Shown here in pieces: positions 27,484 through 36,124 of a DNA stretch of 64,000 bases. Position 1 is the stretch's first letter; every line of letters starts with the position of its first letter. The position numbers and the translations under genes were made by a program. A model generated the notes under the pieces. That model did not search any database, was not told where the DNA came from, and saw only the letters and a list, made by a program, of their open reading frames with translations. The DNA lies in the IMG/VR virus record IMGVR_UViG_3300049460_000312, positions 1 to 64,000 of that record. One strand, 5' to 3'.

Positions 27484-28170
27484 TTAGCGCAGATGCGGAA
27501 ATACTTGTGACAATGCACCCGCTGCGCGGACTTCTTTCGAGCCGCGTTCAAAGAACGAGTCAAGCCGCGTGATGTTCAGGAGGTTGTCGCCGACGCCCTG
27601 ACTGGCCAGTCGGCGCTTCGCATCTTCGAGCTCTGCTTCCACCACATTTGACCAGACAAAGTTCTTGCCAGTCTTGTCAGCGCGCCAGCCGTCCGAGGAT
27701 TCCGTATCGGTCGCCCAACTCGTCGGATACGGGAGCATGACGATCGTAATCCGCTTCACTTGTCGCCACAGCAGGGCTAACAAGGCTTGATCACATTGCT
27801 CGCGCTTTTCCTTGATCGTCTGCAGCGTGAGTGCGTTGCTGAAAACGGTGAAGTAATAACCTGCGTAATCGTACGGCGAACGATCAGCGAGAATCAGATT
27901 CGGCTGATGGCGGCTGGCGGCATCGTGACTCACACCCCGGTAGAGGCGTTCGATGTTATCGGACATCACCTGATGCTGAAAATTCCGGTTGAATTCCGGG
28001 TCCTTCAATGCATCGCTTTCGTTGGTAAGGCCGTGCCTGGCATAGGTCTCGCGAGTAGACGAGTAATACGCCATTGTAGTCAGACCACGACCGGAGGCCA
28101 TCTTGGCACACGTATCCATCAGCGTGGTCTTGCCGACCGACCCTGCCCCTGCAAACATTAAGAGTTCCAT
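27484..28170 (-). CDS. P-loop nucleotide kinase (AAA_28/dNMP kinase-like)
   Basis: FAGAGSVGKTT and LADRSPYDY. Confidence 0.85.
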   Translation of the reverse strand: MELLMFAGAGSVGKTTLMDTCAKMASGRGLTTMAYYSSTRETYARHGLTNESDALKDPEFNRNFQHQVMSDNIERLYRGVSHDAASRHQPNLILADRSPYDYAGYYFTVFSNALTLQTIKEKREQCDQALLALLWRQVKRITIVMLPYPTSWATDTESSDGWRADKTGKNFVWSNVVEAELEDAKRRLASQGVGDNLLNITRLDSFFERGSKEVRAAGALSQVFPHLR

Positions 28171-28338
28171 TTCGAGTACGCTCAGTATGGTGACAAAAAT
28201 AAAGAAAGGAGAATTGACCAGCTGAAAGCTTAGTGTCATATAAGCTTTTTGCCGGTAAAAACTTCTTTCTCCCTGTCACTGAAGCGCATTGGAAATGTCA
28301 CGCCAAATAAATAAGAGGGCCCGTAGGCCCTCCCTCTC

Positions 28339-28851
28339 TTAGGTAGTAACTTTGTCGGAGGCTCCTACTTCCGGCGTAATCGACTTCAGGGTATTGGTCA
28401 GTGCCATCCGCATAGCTTGAATCCGCGAGTCGTTCAGTGGATCGCGCGGACCTGCTTCGATAATGCGCAGGGCGCTTCTCGGTAACTCCCAGGTGTAGTG
28501 CATCGCATCGCTCACTGCGTTTCGCAGTGTATTGTCGTAGCGGTCCCACTCCGCCCGAAAGTAATGGATCACCGTGCCGCAATAAAGTTTATCTTGCAGC
28601 GGTGCGTTGTCTGCGGTAACCGTTTCAGTCACTAGCGGTAACTTTTCGATGTTGCGCAAACGCATTCCTACCTTTTCGAGACTTTCTTGCTGTAGCGTCT
28701 GTATCATGGTGGCGCCACGCTCTACCACTCCACCTGGGAAGCAGTAGTGCGCAATGCGGCCATGTTCATTCCATACCCGTCCCAGACAGATCCGGCCATT
28801 CTTAACGATCACTACGCGTGCTGTGGCTCGCAGAGGAAGTTCTTTGGACAT
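28339..28851 (-). CDS. Nudix-fold protein with a degenerate Nudix box
   Basis: RATARVVIVKNGRICL, FPGGVVERGATMIQTLQQESLEKVG. Confidence 0.8.
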   Translation of the reverse strand: MSKELPLRATARVVIVKNGRICLGRVWNEHGRIAHYCFPGGVVERGATMIQTLQQESLEKVGMRLRNIEKLPLVTETVTADNAPLQDKLYCGTVIHYFRAEWDRYDNTLRNAVSDAMHYTWELPRSALRIIEAGPRDPLNDSRIQAMRMALTNTLKSITPEVGASDKVTT

Positions 28852-28914
28852 GACTTTCCTTCTAGGTTTATTAAGAGAAGCAATTCAGCTCAGGTTAAAC
28901 TACAACCCAAAGAT

Positions 28915-28933
28915 GTGATATGTAGTTAAATTT
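28915..28933 (-). promoter_or_regulatory. Putative early promoter
   Basis: Minus strand AAATTTAACTACATATCAC. Confidence 0.5.
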
Positions 28934-28955
28934 ATCTCTAAAAAAGAAAAGAACG

Positions 28956-28996
28956 GACATAAAACGCGGTGGGTTTCCCCACCGCGTTTATGCTGC
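28956..28996. terminator. Terminator with TTATG tails on both strands
   Basis: GACATAAAACGCGGTGGG-TTTC-CCCACCGCGTTTATGCTG. Confidence 0.85.
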
Positions 28997-29251
28997 CTAA
29001 CTACGATAACGATCGGGTCCGATGCGGCTGGAACGCGTGGATTCACGCTTAGGCAGATTGCTTTCTGCATCAAGCACGCCCACCAACTCCCGCAGCGTTG
29101 CTGCAGCTTGTTCTGCCTGGATGGCGGCGGCGCGTACCGTCTGGATTTCCAGTGTCGCGATCTCCCCGGCATTCGCATCAGTCAGAATGTTTGTTGCTTG
29201 CGCCAGATGACTACAGGCGTCTTTCAGATAAAGTTCTTTTCTGCGAGCCAT
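28997..29251 (-). CDS. Small helical hypothetical protein
   Basis: 84 aa ORF. Confidence 0.65.
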   Translation of the reverse strand: MARRKELYLKDACSHLAQATNILTDANAGEIATLEIQTVRAAAIQAEQAAATLRELVGVLDAESNLPKRESTRSSRIGPDRYRS

Positions 29252-29256
29252 GGTTG

Positions 29257-29526
29257 TTATTGAAAGAAGGGGGCTTTTTCTTTGATGAGTGTGTCGAGTG
29301 CACCGGTGTAGGCCAGCACGTCTTCTTCATACGTCGTGTCCGGATCGTAATAGTTCAGTTCCAGATTCAGGCGCTGAAGCAACACGGCGACTTTCTGACT
29401 GAGCGACTCGTTAAAGATGAGGGTGTAGGCGGTCTTCCAATCGTTCTCCGTGCGGGCAACGTCGGCGAGCGTCTTGGCTCGCCAGGAGAGTTTAACCAGC
29501 TCTTTGAAAATATCCTGACTGTCCAT
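29257..29526 (-). CDS. Hypothetical protein
   Basis: 89 aa; LNYYDPDTTYEEDV. Confidence 0.75.
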   Translation of the reverse strand: MDSQDIFKELVKLSWRAKTLADVARTENDWKTAYTLIFNESLSQKVAVLLQRLNLELNYYDPDTTYEEDVLAYTGALDTLIKEKAPFFQ

Positions 29527-29613
29527 GATGGGTACTCAGCTCTTTTGACAAAAAATAAGGCTAGGGGTTAAAAGAGTCCTGGGATCGCTCCCAGGACTTT
29601 ACTCAGCGCTTAC

Positions 29614-29949
29614 TTACGCCGTGGCTGCACGCCAGAGCGGGGTGCCCTTACCACGCGCATACAGCTCTTTGTATTCGTCGAGCTGGTAGCAGTAGTGGTT
29701 GCCTTCGATCTTCAGTTCGAGGTGAGTGGCGTTGATGCCCATCTTCTCGATCTGGCGCTTCAGACGCCGCCAGGTGGCGTAGTTCATGCCGCGCGCGAGC
29801 AGCTTCGGCTTGTCGATGATGACTGGCACACGCAGATTCACGCGTTCGTTGCTGGTCTTCTGGTCGACCCAGAGCACGCCGTGGCGCACGCTTTCGTCAG
29901 CGTTCGGGTTCACGCCCAGGTTGACACGTTGTTCGGTGAGAAAGTTCAT
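29614..29949 (-). CDS. Hypothetical (early) protein
   Basis: 111 aa, strong codon bias, AAGGAG RBS. Confidence 0.85.
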   Translation of the reverse strand: MNFLTEQRVNLGVNPNADESVRHGVLWVDQKTSNERVNLRVPVIIDKPKLLARGMNYATWRRLKRQIEKMGINATHLELKIEGNHYCYQLDEYKELYARGKGTPLWRAATA

Positions 29950-29960
29950 GCGGTGTCTCC

Positions 29961-30362
29961 TTAGTGCGTCGGGGCGAGTGCTGCGATGTTGTCGACCTTC
30001 GTGAGCACGTCGCCGCGTTCGGCGACGCGACGCTCTTCGCTGATCAGCTGAGCCGGCTTGATATTCGTGGCGGTCGCGAGCACCTTGCCGTAGCCGGTGA
30101 GCGCGGTGGGGATGAAGCCTTGGGCGCGGGCTTCTTCCCAGATGTATTCGAAGATGCGCGGCGTGAGTGCCGGCGGCTCAGTCGTGCCGATAAACACGAA
30201 GCGCACGTCCTGGTCTTTCAGACCTTGGGTCACGTGGCTCGCGCGCAGCGTGCCGTGTTCGCCGTAGATGTTGGCGTCCTTGTGGAAAGCGATCTTCAGA
30301 TCGACGACTTCGATGGACTTGCCGAGCAGGTTGCGGGCGATTTGGCGAGCGATGTTCTTCAT
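29961..30362 (-). CDS. Hypothetical (early) protein
   Basis: 133 aa, strong codon bias, follows an early-promoter-like motif. Confidence 0.85.
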   Translation of the reverse strand: MKNIARQIARNLLGKSIEVVDLKIAFHKDANIYGEHGTLRASHVTQGLKDQDVRFVFIGTTEPPALTPRIFEYIWEEARAQGFIPTALTGYGKVLATATNIKPAQLISEERRVAERGDVLTKVDNIAALAPTH

Positions 30363-30433
30363 GACAGATTCCTTAATTTAGATTTGGAAGGGTACAGCGA
30401 AGGGACAAATTGTTCACTCTTAATACTAAGAGC

Positions 30434-30453
30434 GTAATATGCCCGTGAAAATT
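30434..30453 (-). promoter_or_regulatory. Putative early promoter
   Basis: Minus strand AATTTTCACGGGCATATTAC. Confidence 0.65.
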
Positions 30454-30518
30454 GTTTGGTTTCAATTTCATCGGCATACTACGCCACCCACCTCGTAAGA
30501 GATGAGTGGCAGCTAAGC

Positions 30519-30665
30519 TTAGGTGGTCACGCCATACAGCGGACGCACCACACGCGGATGGTTATCGCCCTGGTCGTCCCAATGCGTGGTCAGACCATTC
30601 AACGCCACGTAAGCGATGAGCAAGCCGACGATCACGCCCGCAGGACTTTTGAGAAATTTCTTCAT
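30519..30665 (-). CDS. Small membrane protein (48 aa)
   Basis: Below the track cutoff; MKKFLKSPAGVIVGLLIAYVALNGLTTHWDDQG... Confidence 0.65.
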   Translation of the reverse strand: MKKFLKSPAGVIVGLLIAYVALNGLTTHWDDQGDNHPRVVRPLYGVTT

Positions 30666-30668
30666 GAC

Positions 30669-30875
30669 TTAGAAGCGGAACGAAAACGAAGAGGGGCGAG
30701 CGCGATACTGATACTCGTAGTCGTACGTCGAGTAGTACGTGGTCGTGCGGGAGGTCGGGATGAAGCAGAGGATCAGCACGATCACGAAGAAGGTGCCGAA
30801 GAACACCGGGTCCAGCAGGATCAGGCCGATGATGACCACGAGGATCAGCAGACCGATAACGGTATCTTTCTTCAT
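30669..30875 (-). CDS. Small two-TM membrane protein
   Basis: 68 aa, very hydrophobic, Tyr/Thr-rich tail. Confidence 0.75.
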   Translation of the reverse strand: MKKDTVIGLLILVVIIGLILLDPVFFGTFFVIVLILCFIPTSRTTTYYSTYDYEYQYRARPSSFSFRF

Positions 30876-30921
30876 TTATTATTTTTCCTGAAAAGGTTAC
30901 AGAAAGGGTACAGCGGCGGGC

Positions 30922-31146
30922 TTAGAAGGCCCAGGTCTTTTCCTCCGGAGCGCACAGGGTCGTGCCAAACACTACGTCGATCAGGGTGCAGAGCAAGCCG
31001 AACACCAGCAAGCCGCCAATGAAGATCACCACCGCCTGGAAAATCCAGCCGAGCAGTGTGCCGATACCCGCCGCGATGCTGGGGATAGCGATCAACACCA
31101 GTGCGCAAATGGCGATGACGAAGATGAAGCTTACGAAGCTGCTCAC
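30922..31146 (-). CDS. Small two-TM membrane protein
   Basis: 74 aa; GTG start with AAGGAG RBS. Confidence 0.8.
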   Translation of the reverse strand: MSSFVSFIFVIAICALVLIAIPSIAAGIGTLLGWIFQAVVIFIGGLLVFGLLCTLIDVVFGTTLCAPEEKTWAF

Positions 31147-31175
31147 GTTGAAACTCCTTCCGTTGTGTTACCAAA

Positions 31176-31488
31176 GCCCGTAATGCTTAGGACCCTGCAG
31201 GATATCCTAAGCAATACGGGCGACCCGTATTGTCATCGCTCGATAGGCTTGTCCTATAACGAGAGGTTTGCACATGTTACGTCCGCCGTCGTGTGCTACG
31301 GCCATAGCGTTTTGGTCAGTCTGGTGACTGTGTGATAGTTCTCTCAAACGCCGGAGCGTCAGTGGATCTTAAGTCCCGGGTGTCGTCTAGTGACACCTAA
31401 CTAGGGGATATTCGTAAAGCAGGTTCTCCTTTGCTTCTAGCGTTCGTTGCAAGGGAAGTGACTTATCGCCCCACTTCGTAGGCGTGCC
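31176..31488 (-). ncRNA. Candidate structured RNA / regulatory leader
   Basis: About 310 nt non-coding gap with at least 8 hairpins and two mutually exclusive stems. Confidence 0.55.
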
Positions 31489-31489
31489 G

Positions 31490-31921
31490 TTAGGCTGCGG
31501 CTGCAGCGGCGCCGAAGTCGGTCGCTTCAGCAGTCTTGGAGAAGCCTTCGATGAACTTCGCCTTCATACGACGCACCGTCAGGTTGCCAACGATGTCACC
31601 GATGTTCCAACCCACCGCCATCGCACCGATGTGACCGACGATGATCACGATGTAGTGCAGGGCCAGCGCCAGGCCCTCACCCAGACCGAGAGCGGCCAGA
31701 TAGGCGATGCCGAAGTGCATGCCGAGAGCGATTGCCGTGATCGCTGCGATGAACACCAGCGTCCAGAAAGCGATGCGCAGCCAGTAGGCCCAGAACGTGA
31801 GCGGCTCATTCTTCTTCGCGGCGCGCGCTGCCTTCTTCGCGGCCTTTTCTGCTGCCTTCGCTGCGGCCTTGTCGTTGTTAGCCGATGCGTTTGCGTTGTT
31901 TGCGTTTGCGTTTGCGTTCAT
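31490..31921 (-). CDS. Two-TM membrane protein with an Asn-Ala repeat N-terminus
   Basis: MNANANANNANASANN; AGGAG RBS. Confidence 0.85.
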   Translation of the reverse strand: MNANANANNANASANNDKAAAKAAEKAAKKAARAAKKNEPLTFWAYWLRIAFWTLVFIAAITAIALGMHFGIAYLAALGLGEGLALALHYIVIIVGHIGAMAVGWNIGDIVGNLTVRRMKAKFIEGFSKTAEATDFGAAAAAA

Positions 31922-32007
31922 GGTAAAACTCCTGATTTAGTGTTTGACTACAAAGGTTTGGAAAAGCCGAGATGGCGCCAGCTCATTGGCCGACGTCCTT
32001 ATTGCAC

Positions 32008-32116
32008 GCTGCGACAAAAACTAATTGCTTAGCTTCGGTCGCAGCTATGCTCTTATGCACACTCCCTACTTCGGAATGCACATAAGAGCAGCCTCTACAC
32101 CCGAAGGCGCAGAGGC
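32008..32116 (-). other. Three abutting RNA hairpins in an intergenic leader
   Basis: Stems 32008-32045, 32048-32090 and 32091-32116; G-U pairs and UUCG/GCAA loops work on the minus strand. Confidence 0.7.
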
Positions 32117-32128
32117 AGTCGTGGTAGC

Positions 32129-32479
32129 TTAGCTACCGAGGCCCAGCATTGCCTTCGACTGGCGGATGCTTTCACGAATCATGCGCTTGGCTTGCCAGGT
32201 CTGGACGATCATGATCACGACGCTCGAGGCGATGCCTGCAACCACTGACCACACCAGGAACGAGCACAGGCCTTTCGGGCTGAGGAAGCCATCCAGCACC
32301 AACACTGCGACCCAGGCCAGATTGACCTTGAGGCGATGCTTGAAGATGAACTCTGCAAACTGATCGAACTTGTCGCGCTTCTTCGCAATCGTGCCAGCGA
32401 TCAGTCCGACGGTGACGCTCACAACCGTCAGCGTTACGAGGAAGAAGAACACTGCGTTGAATGTGGTGAGGTATGCCAT
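32129..32479 (-). CDS. Three-TM membrane protein
   Basis: 116 aa hydrophobic ORF; AGGAG RBS. Confidence 0.85.
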   Translation of the reverse strand: MAYLTTFNAVFFFLVTLTVVSVTVGLIAGTIAKKRDKFDQFAEFIFKHRLKVNLAWVAVLVLDGFLSPKGLCSFLVWSVVAGIASSVVIMIVQTWQAKRMIRESIRQSKAMLGLGS

Positions 32480-32539
32480 GGTAAAACTCCTGATTTAAAG
32501 TTAGATTGTTGAGCCACTTGGTAGGTATAGCTCAGGTTG

Positions 32540-32560
32540 GTCATATGTGGTTGAAAATAA
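32540..32560 (-). promoter_or_regulatory. Putative early promoter
   Basis: Minus strand TATTTTCAACCACATATGAC, downstream of the structural-operon terminator. Confidence 0.55.
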
Positions 32561-32595
32561 ATAGATTTGAATTCTTTTGCTTAAAGGGATAATAG

Positions 32596-32635
32596 CGGCA
32601 TAAAGGGGTGCCTAAAGGCACCCCTCGTATGACCG
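32596..32635 (-). terminator. Terminator of the structural operon with TTTATGCCG tail
   Basis: CGGCATAAAGGGGTGCC-TAAA-GGCACCCCT. Confidence 0.85.
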
Positions 32636-32636
32636 T

Positions 32637-34004
32637 TTAAGCATCGGCTGCTTGATTGGCTTCATTGGCTGCAAAGAGTCGGATTGCCATATTCCGGTTA
32701 TACCGACCGGTAACAACCCCCGTCCCTTCCCAGCCCGTACCAATCTGGGTCGCTACCACCACAGCACTCACCTGACTCACCACCCCGTCGGAAAAGTAAG
32801 TGATGCGGGTTTGCATCCCCGGCCGGATTAACGACGGATCGCAGTTCTCCCACACCAGGTTGATATACACTCCTTCCTTGGCGGCCAAGCGGGACGCCTG
32901 GTACATGGTGTTGGCTGAGATCCGCTCCGGTGCGACTTGGACGTTGTTCAGTCCGCTTTTCAAGGGTGAAGAGATAAACTCGTTATTGAGTTTACCGCGC
33001 GACACCAGTGCCTTGTTGCCCGCCACCTGCACGCCCTGCTCAAAGAGCTTGCTCGCGTCCGCCACGCGAATACCGTTACCGGTAGTGCGTTTGTTCAGAT
33101 CGCTCTTATCATCGAAATGCAGTCCACCCGTGCAGACAATCGTCACCACCGAGCCTTCGACGATAAAGGTGTTATCCACCTGTGGCATCTTGTTCTCGGG
33201 CACAATCAGAATCATCAGCTGACGGGTCGCTTCCGCAAAACGCTGGTAGTTAAACGGCGGGAACACGTACCAGTAGTCGTCCTGGTAGTAGTAAGCAAAG
33301 CCCGCTGAATACACACCACCGCAGTGCTTGTGGATATAGCCCGGTGCATCAGCGGCCGTCACGCCATGCGGGATCACGATATGGTCGCGGATCACTGCAT
33401 CCACGGGGTCGACCATATCCACGCCGAGCGGCATGTAGGCGTCATCGATGTTCTGCGCGGCCTGCGAGGTCTGCAGCAGCAGGCTGCGAATCAGATCTCC
33501 TACGGCGGTCTTGCGATAGATACCACCGACACTGCGCATGGAAAACTGCTCCATGGGCTTGGAGAACAGCTGGAACTCCAGCACTTCGAAGTCCTGCACA
33601 TCCATCGTGAATTCGTCGAGGTAGTCGCGGGTGTTGGCTTCCATCGACGGATTATTAGCCTGCTTGAGCACCGCCCGAAAGCGCTGCTGTCCGTAGCTGT
33701 CGGAACTGACTTCTTCCGCACCATGTAGGTCGGTCGGTGAATCCGAGAGCGTGATCTCCAGCTCGTTGCGTGACGGGGCGATCTTGTAGGCAAACTGGCC
33801 CGAGGGCACCAGCACGATCAGCGAAACCTCATCCGTGTACTGCAGCATGTACTCACGCATGATGTCATGGTTAAGCACCCGCAGTACCTGGACGTCACCG
33901 AACGTGGTGTGAATGGTCGCGTCGATATAGTAGTTGGGCTGCCCCGTGCGGGCATCGATCACCCGGCGGACTTCATCGCCCAGGGGAGTCTCCATGAAGT
34001 CCAT
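32637..34004 (-). CDS. Putative virion structural protein (phiKZ gp101-like by position)
   Basis: 455 aa; beta-rich, GGVYSAGFAYY, WENCDPSLIRPGM; position in the jumbo-phage structural block. Confidence 0.7.
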   Translation of the reverse strand: MDFMETPLGDEVRRVIDARTGQPNYYIDATIHTTFGDVQVLRVLNHDIMREYMLQYTDEVSLIVLVPSGQFAYKIAPSRNELEITLSDSPTDLHGAEEVSSDSYGQQRFRAVLKQANNPSMEANTRDYLDEFTMDVQDFEVLEFQLFSKPMEQFSMRSVGGIYRKTAVGDLIRSLLLQTSQAAQNIDDAYMPLGVDMVDPVDAVIRDHIVIPHGVTAADAPGYIHKHCGGVYSAGFAYYYQDDYWYVFPPFNYQRFAEATRQLMILIVPENKMPQVDNTFIVEGSVVTIVCTGGLHFDDKSDLNKRTTGNGIRVADASKLFEQGVQVAGNKALVSRGKLNNEFISSPLKSGLNNVQVAPERISANTMYQASRLAAKEGVYINLVWENCDPSLIRPGMQTRITYFSDGVVSQVSAVVVATQIGTGWEGTGVVTGRYNRNMAIRLFAANEANQAADA

Positions 34005-34685
34005 TTACTTCTTCCCCTTCTTGAAGAACGTGGCCATCGACGGACGCGGCGCGGCATCGTACTCGACGTTCTTGCCCGAGTAGTCGATAAAGTGCGCTTC
34101 CGCATCCGGATCGTACTTGGGCTGCACGATCTTGAGATCGATATTGCGCACCGCCAGCATGCCCTTGTCAGCCATCTCACGGCGACGGTCATCGACCTTC
34201 GACATGGCAGCCAGCATTGCCCGGCGACCAATCGCGGTCGAGTTCGAGAGCTTGAAGTGCTTGGTAATGAAGTTGCTGTCGTACGCGAACTTGGCGTGTT
34301 CGTAGACGATGTTGGCAAACTGATCGAGCATCAGCAGATCGTCATACGGGGGATTGCGCGGGTGATACGCGTTCTGGATATGATCCTTCCACGCATACAG
34401 GTGCGCCATGATCGCTTCGTAGATCTTGGGTGCGTCATCGCGCTTGAGGAGCGAGATATTGGCGCCCGCACTCCACAGCTCCGCCATCCGGTGGATCGGC
34501 AACGATAACAGACGCGGCTCCCACTGCATCGCGTGATCGTGGTGGATGTCGCCCGAAGTTGGCAGGCCGTCTTCCATCAGCTGGTCAATTGAGAGCGTCT
34601 GGATATACGGAATGCGACAGGGGTAGCGCACATACCACAGAGCGTAGCGGGTATCGCGATTTTCGGGCCTGATATACTGCGCCAT
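34005..34685 (-). CDS. Conserved jumbo-phage protein (gp100-like by position)
   Basis: GLPTSGD, PPYDDLLMLDQFA; synteny. Confidence 0.65.
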   Translation of the reverse strand: MAQYIRPENRDTRYALWYVRYPCRIPYIQTLSIDQLMEDGLPTSGDIHHDHAMQWEPRLLSLPIHRMAELWSAGANISLLKRDDAPKIYEAIMAHLYAWKDHIQNAYHPRNPPYDDLLMLDQFANIVYEHAKFAYDSNFITKHFKLSNSTAIGRRAMLAAMSKVDDRRREMADKGMLAVRNIDLKIVQPKYDPDAEAHFIDYSGKNVEYDAAPRPSMATFFKKGKK

Positions 34686-34748
34686 GAAAGTATTCTCCAA
34701 TTCAAAAAAAGTGCGAGGAGTGGGTAGCGACCCCGCACCCCTCTGACA

Positions 34749-36122
34749 TCAGATAGCGCGAATTACTGACTTGATGAGAATCAGCAATACGGGGATAAAG
34801 TAAAACGAGTTGACGTTATCCCAGCGTACCGAGGCTTCCACCAGGGCACGCATCCGGTCGTAGGCAATCTCCTTGCTGTCCAGATAATCCTGCACGGCGA
34901 GTTCCAGATCACTCTGCGCACTCTCGGTGGTGCGGTCGTTATCGTAGAAGGCCTTCGAGAAGACGTAGTAACCGTCCGTGAAGGTATCCTTGATGCCGAC
35001 CTTGGTGGGATCGCCGTCTTCGGCCTGCTGGGCAGTGCTCATCAGGGAGGCCAGCGTCTTGCGAGGCGGCACCGTAGAGCGCACCGGCACGAATTCACCC
35101 GCAGCCTTGACGTTCTGCTCGAACTGGTTATCCACCCGCACCATCGGATCGTTCGGATAGATCACGTGCTCCACGCCCGAGTACCGAATCCCTTCCATCA
35201 TCGGCTCGTAGGTGAACGTACGGGCGCCGACGTAACCCACTGTCTGGAACGCATCGGCCAGCAAGGCCCGGTTACGCTCCATCAGCACCGTCCAGATGCT
35301 GTCGGACGCCATCACCTGATCGTCGTCACAGTTCAGCTGCCGCAGATTGGTGAGTTCCCGGGCATCCCACGTGGTGAGGTGCTGGAACACCGCACGCACC
35401 AGGAAGGCATCGTACGTGACGTTAGGCTGGTCGGGCAGAATCAGCGTGGCGTATTCGCGGCTGTAGTACCGCTTGAAATACTGGGTGACGAGTGTGCCAT
35501 ACTGACGGCGCAGGAACTGCAGGTTCTCATAGTCATCGGACACGAGTACCGGGTTCTGGCCGTGCGCAATGAAGTCCTTCTCGAAGTACGTGGTCTGGAC
35601 CGTCTTGCGCTTCAGGTTGTCGAGCCACGCCGGCTCGCCAAAGTTCACCAGCGAGTAATCGATCGAGTGCACGGCTTCGCGGAATACCGAGAGCCGCTTC
35701 ACATCGGTGATCTGGAAGATCGCACGGCGACCATCCAGCAGGTCAGCCACGAACATGTCCCCCTTGTTGGGGATCACGAACGGATAGACCGTGGCGGTGC
35801 CCTGCTCAGCCATTTCGTTGGTTTCGTTGTCCTGGCTCGCCTGCAGAGCGGAAGTGACTTTCACCTCCATCGCATTGATCAGCTTGTACTGCTGATAGGC
35901 GGGGTCCAGACCCAGCTCCAGGCCCTTGGGTTGCGTATCGCGTCCCAGCACCTGACTATAGTAGTCAATGGTCCAGGACATGCCCTCGACGTGCGAGAGC
36001 AGGGTTTCCTTCGGATTGTACTTCAGGTCCACCGCGATATTCTTCGCGTCGGGCTTGGCAATCGTCAGGACCGGTTTGGGCGGCAGTTGCGGGACGTCCT
36101 TCCGCGGTTGAATAATAGGCAT
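34749..36122 (-). CDS. Putative virion structural protein (gp99-like by position)
   Basis: 457 aa; VEGMSWTIDYYSQVLG, IPNKGDMFVAD, FYFIPVLLILIK. Confidence 0.75.
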   Translation of the reverse strand: MPIIQPRKDVPQLPPKPVLTIAKPDAKNIAVDLKYNPKETLLSHVEGMSWTIDYYSQVLGRDTQPKGLELGLDPAYQQYKLINAMEVKVTSALQASQDNETNEMAEQGTATVYPFVIPNKGDMFVADLLDGRRAIFQITDVKRLSVFREAVHSIDYSLVNFGEPAWLDNLKRKTVQTTYFEKDFIAHGQNPVLVSDDYENLQFLRRQYGTLVTQYFKRYYSREYATLILPDQPNVTYDAFLVRAVFQHLTTWDARELTNLRQLNCDDDQVMASDSIWTVLMERNRALLADAFQTVGYVGARTFTYEPMMEGIRYSGVEHVIYPNDPMVRVDNQFEQNVKAAGEFVPVRSTVPPRKTLASLMSTAQQAEDGDPTKVGIKDTFTDGYYVFSKAFYDNDRTTESAQSDLELAVQDYLDSKEIAYDRMRALVEASVRWDNVNSFYFIPVLLILIKSVIRAI

Positions 36123-36124
36123 AG

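Noticed and set aside
31176-31488. Group I intron, hammerhead ribozyme or CRISPR array
   Set aside because: No interrupted gene, no complete catalytic-core motifs and no regularly spaced direct repeats
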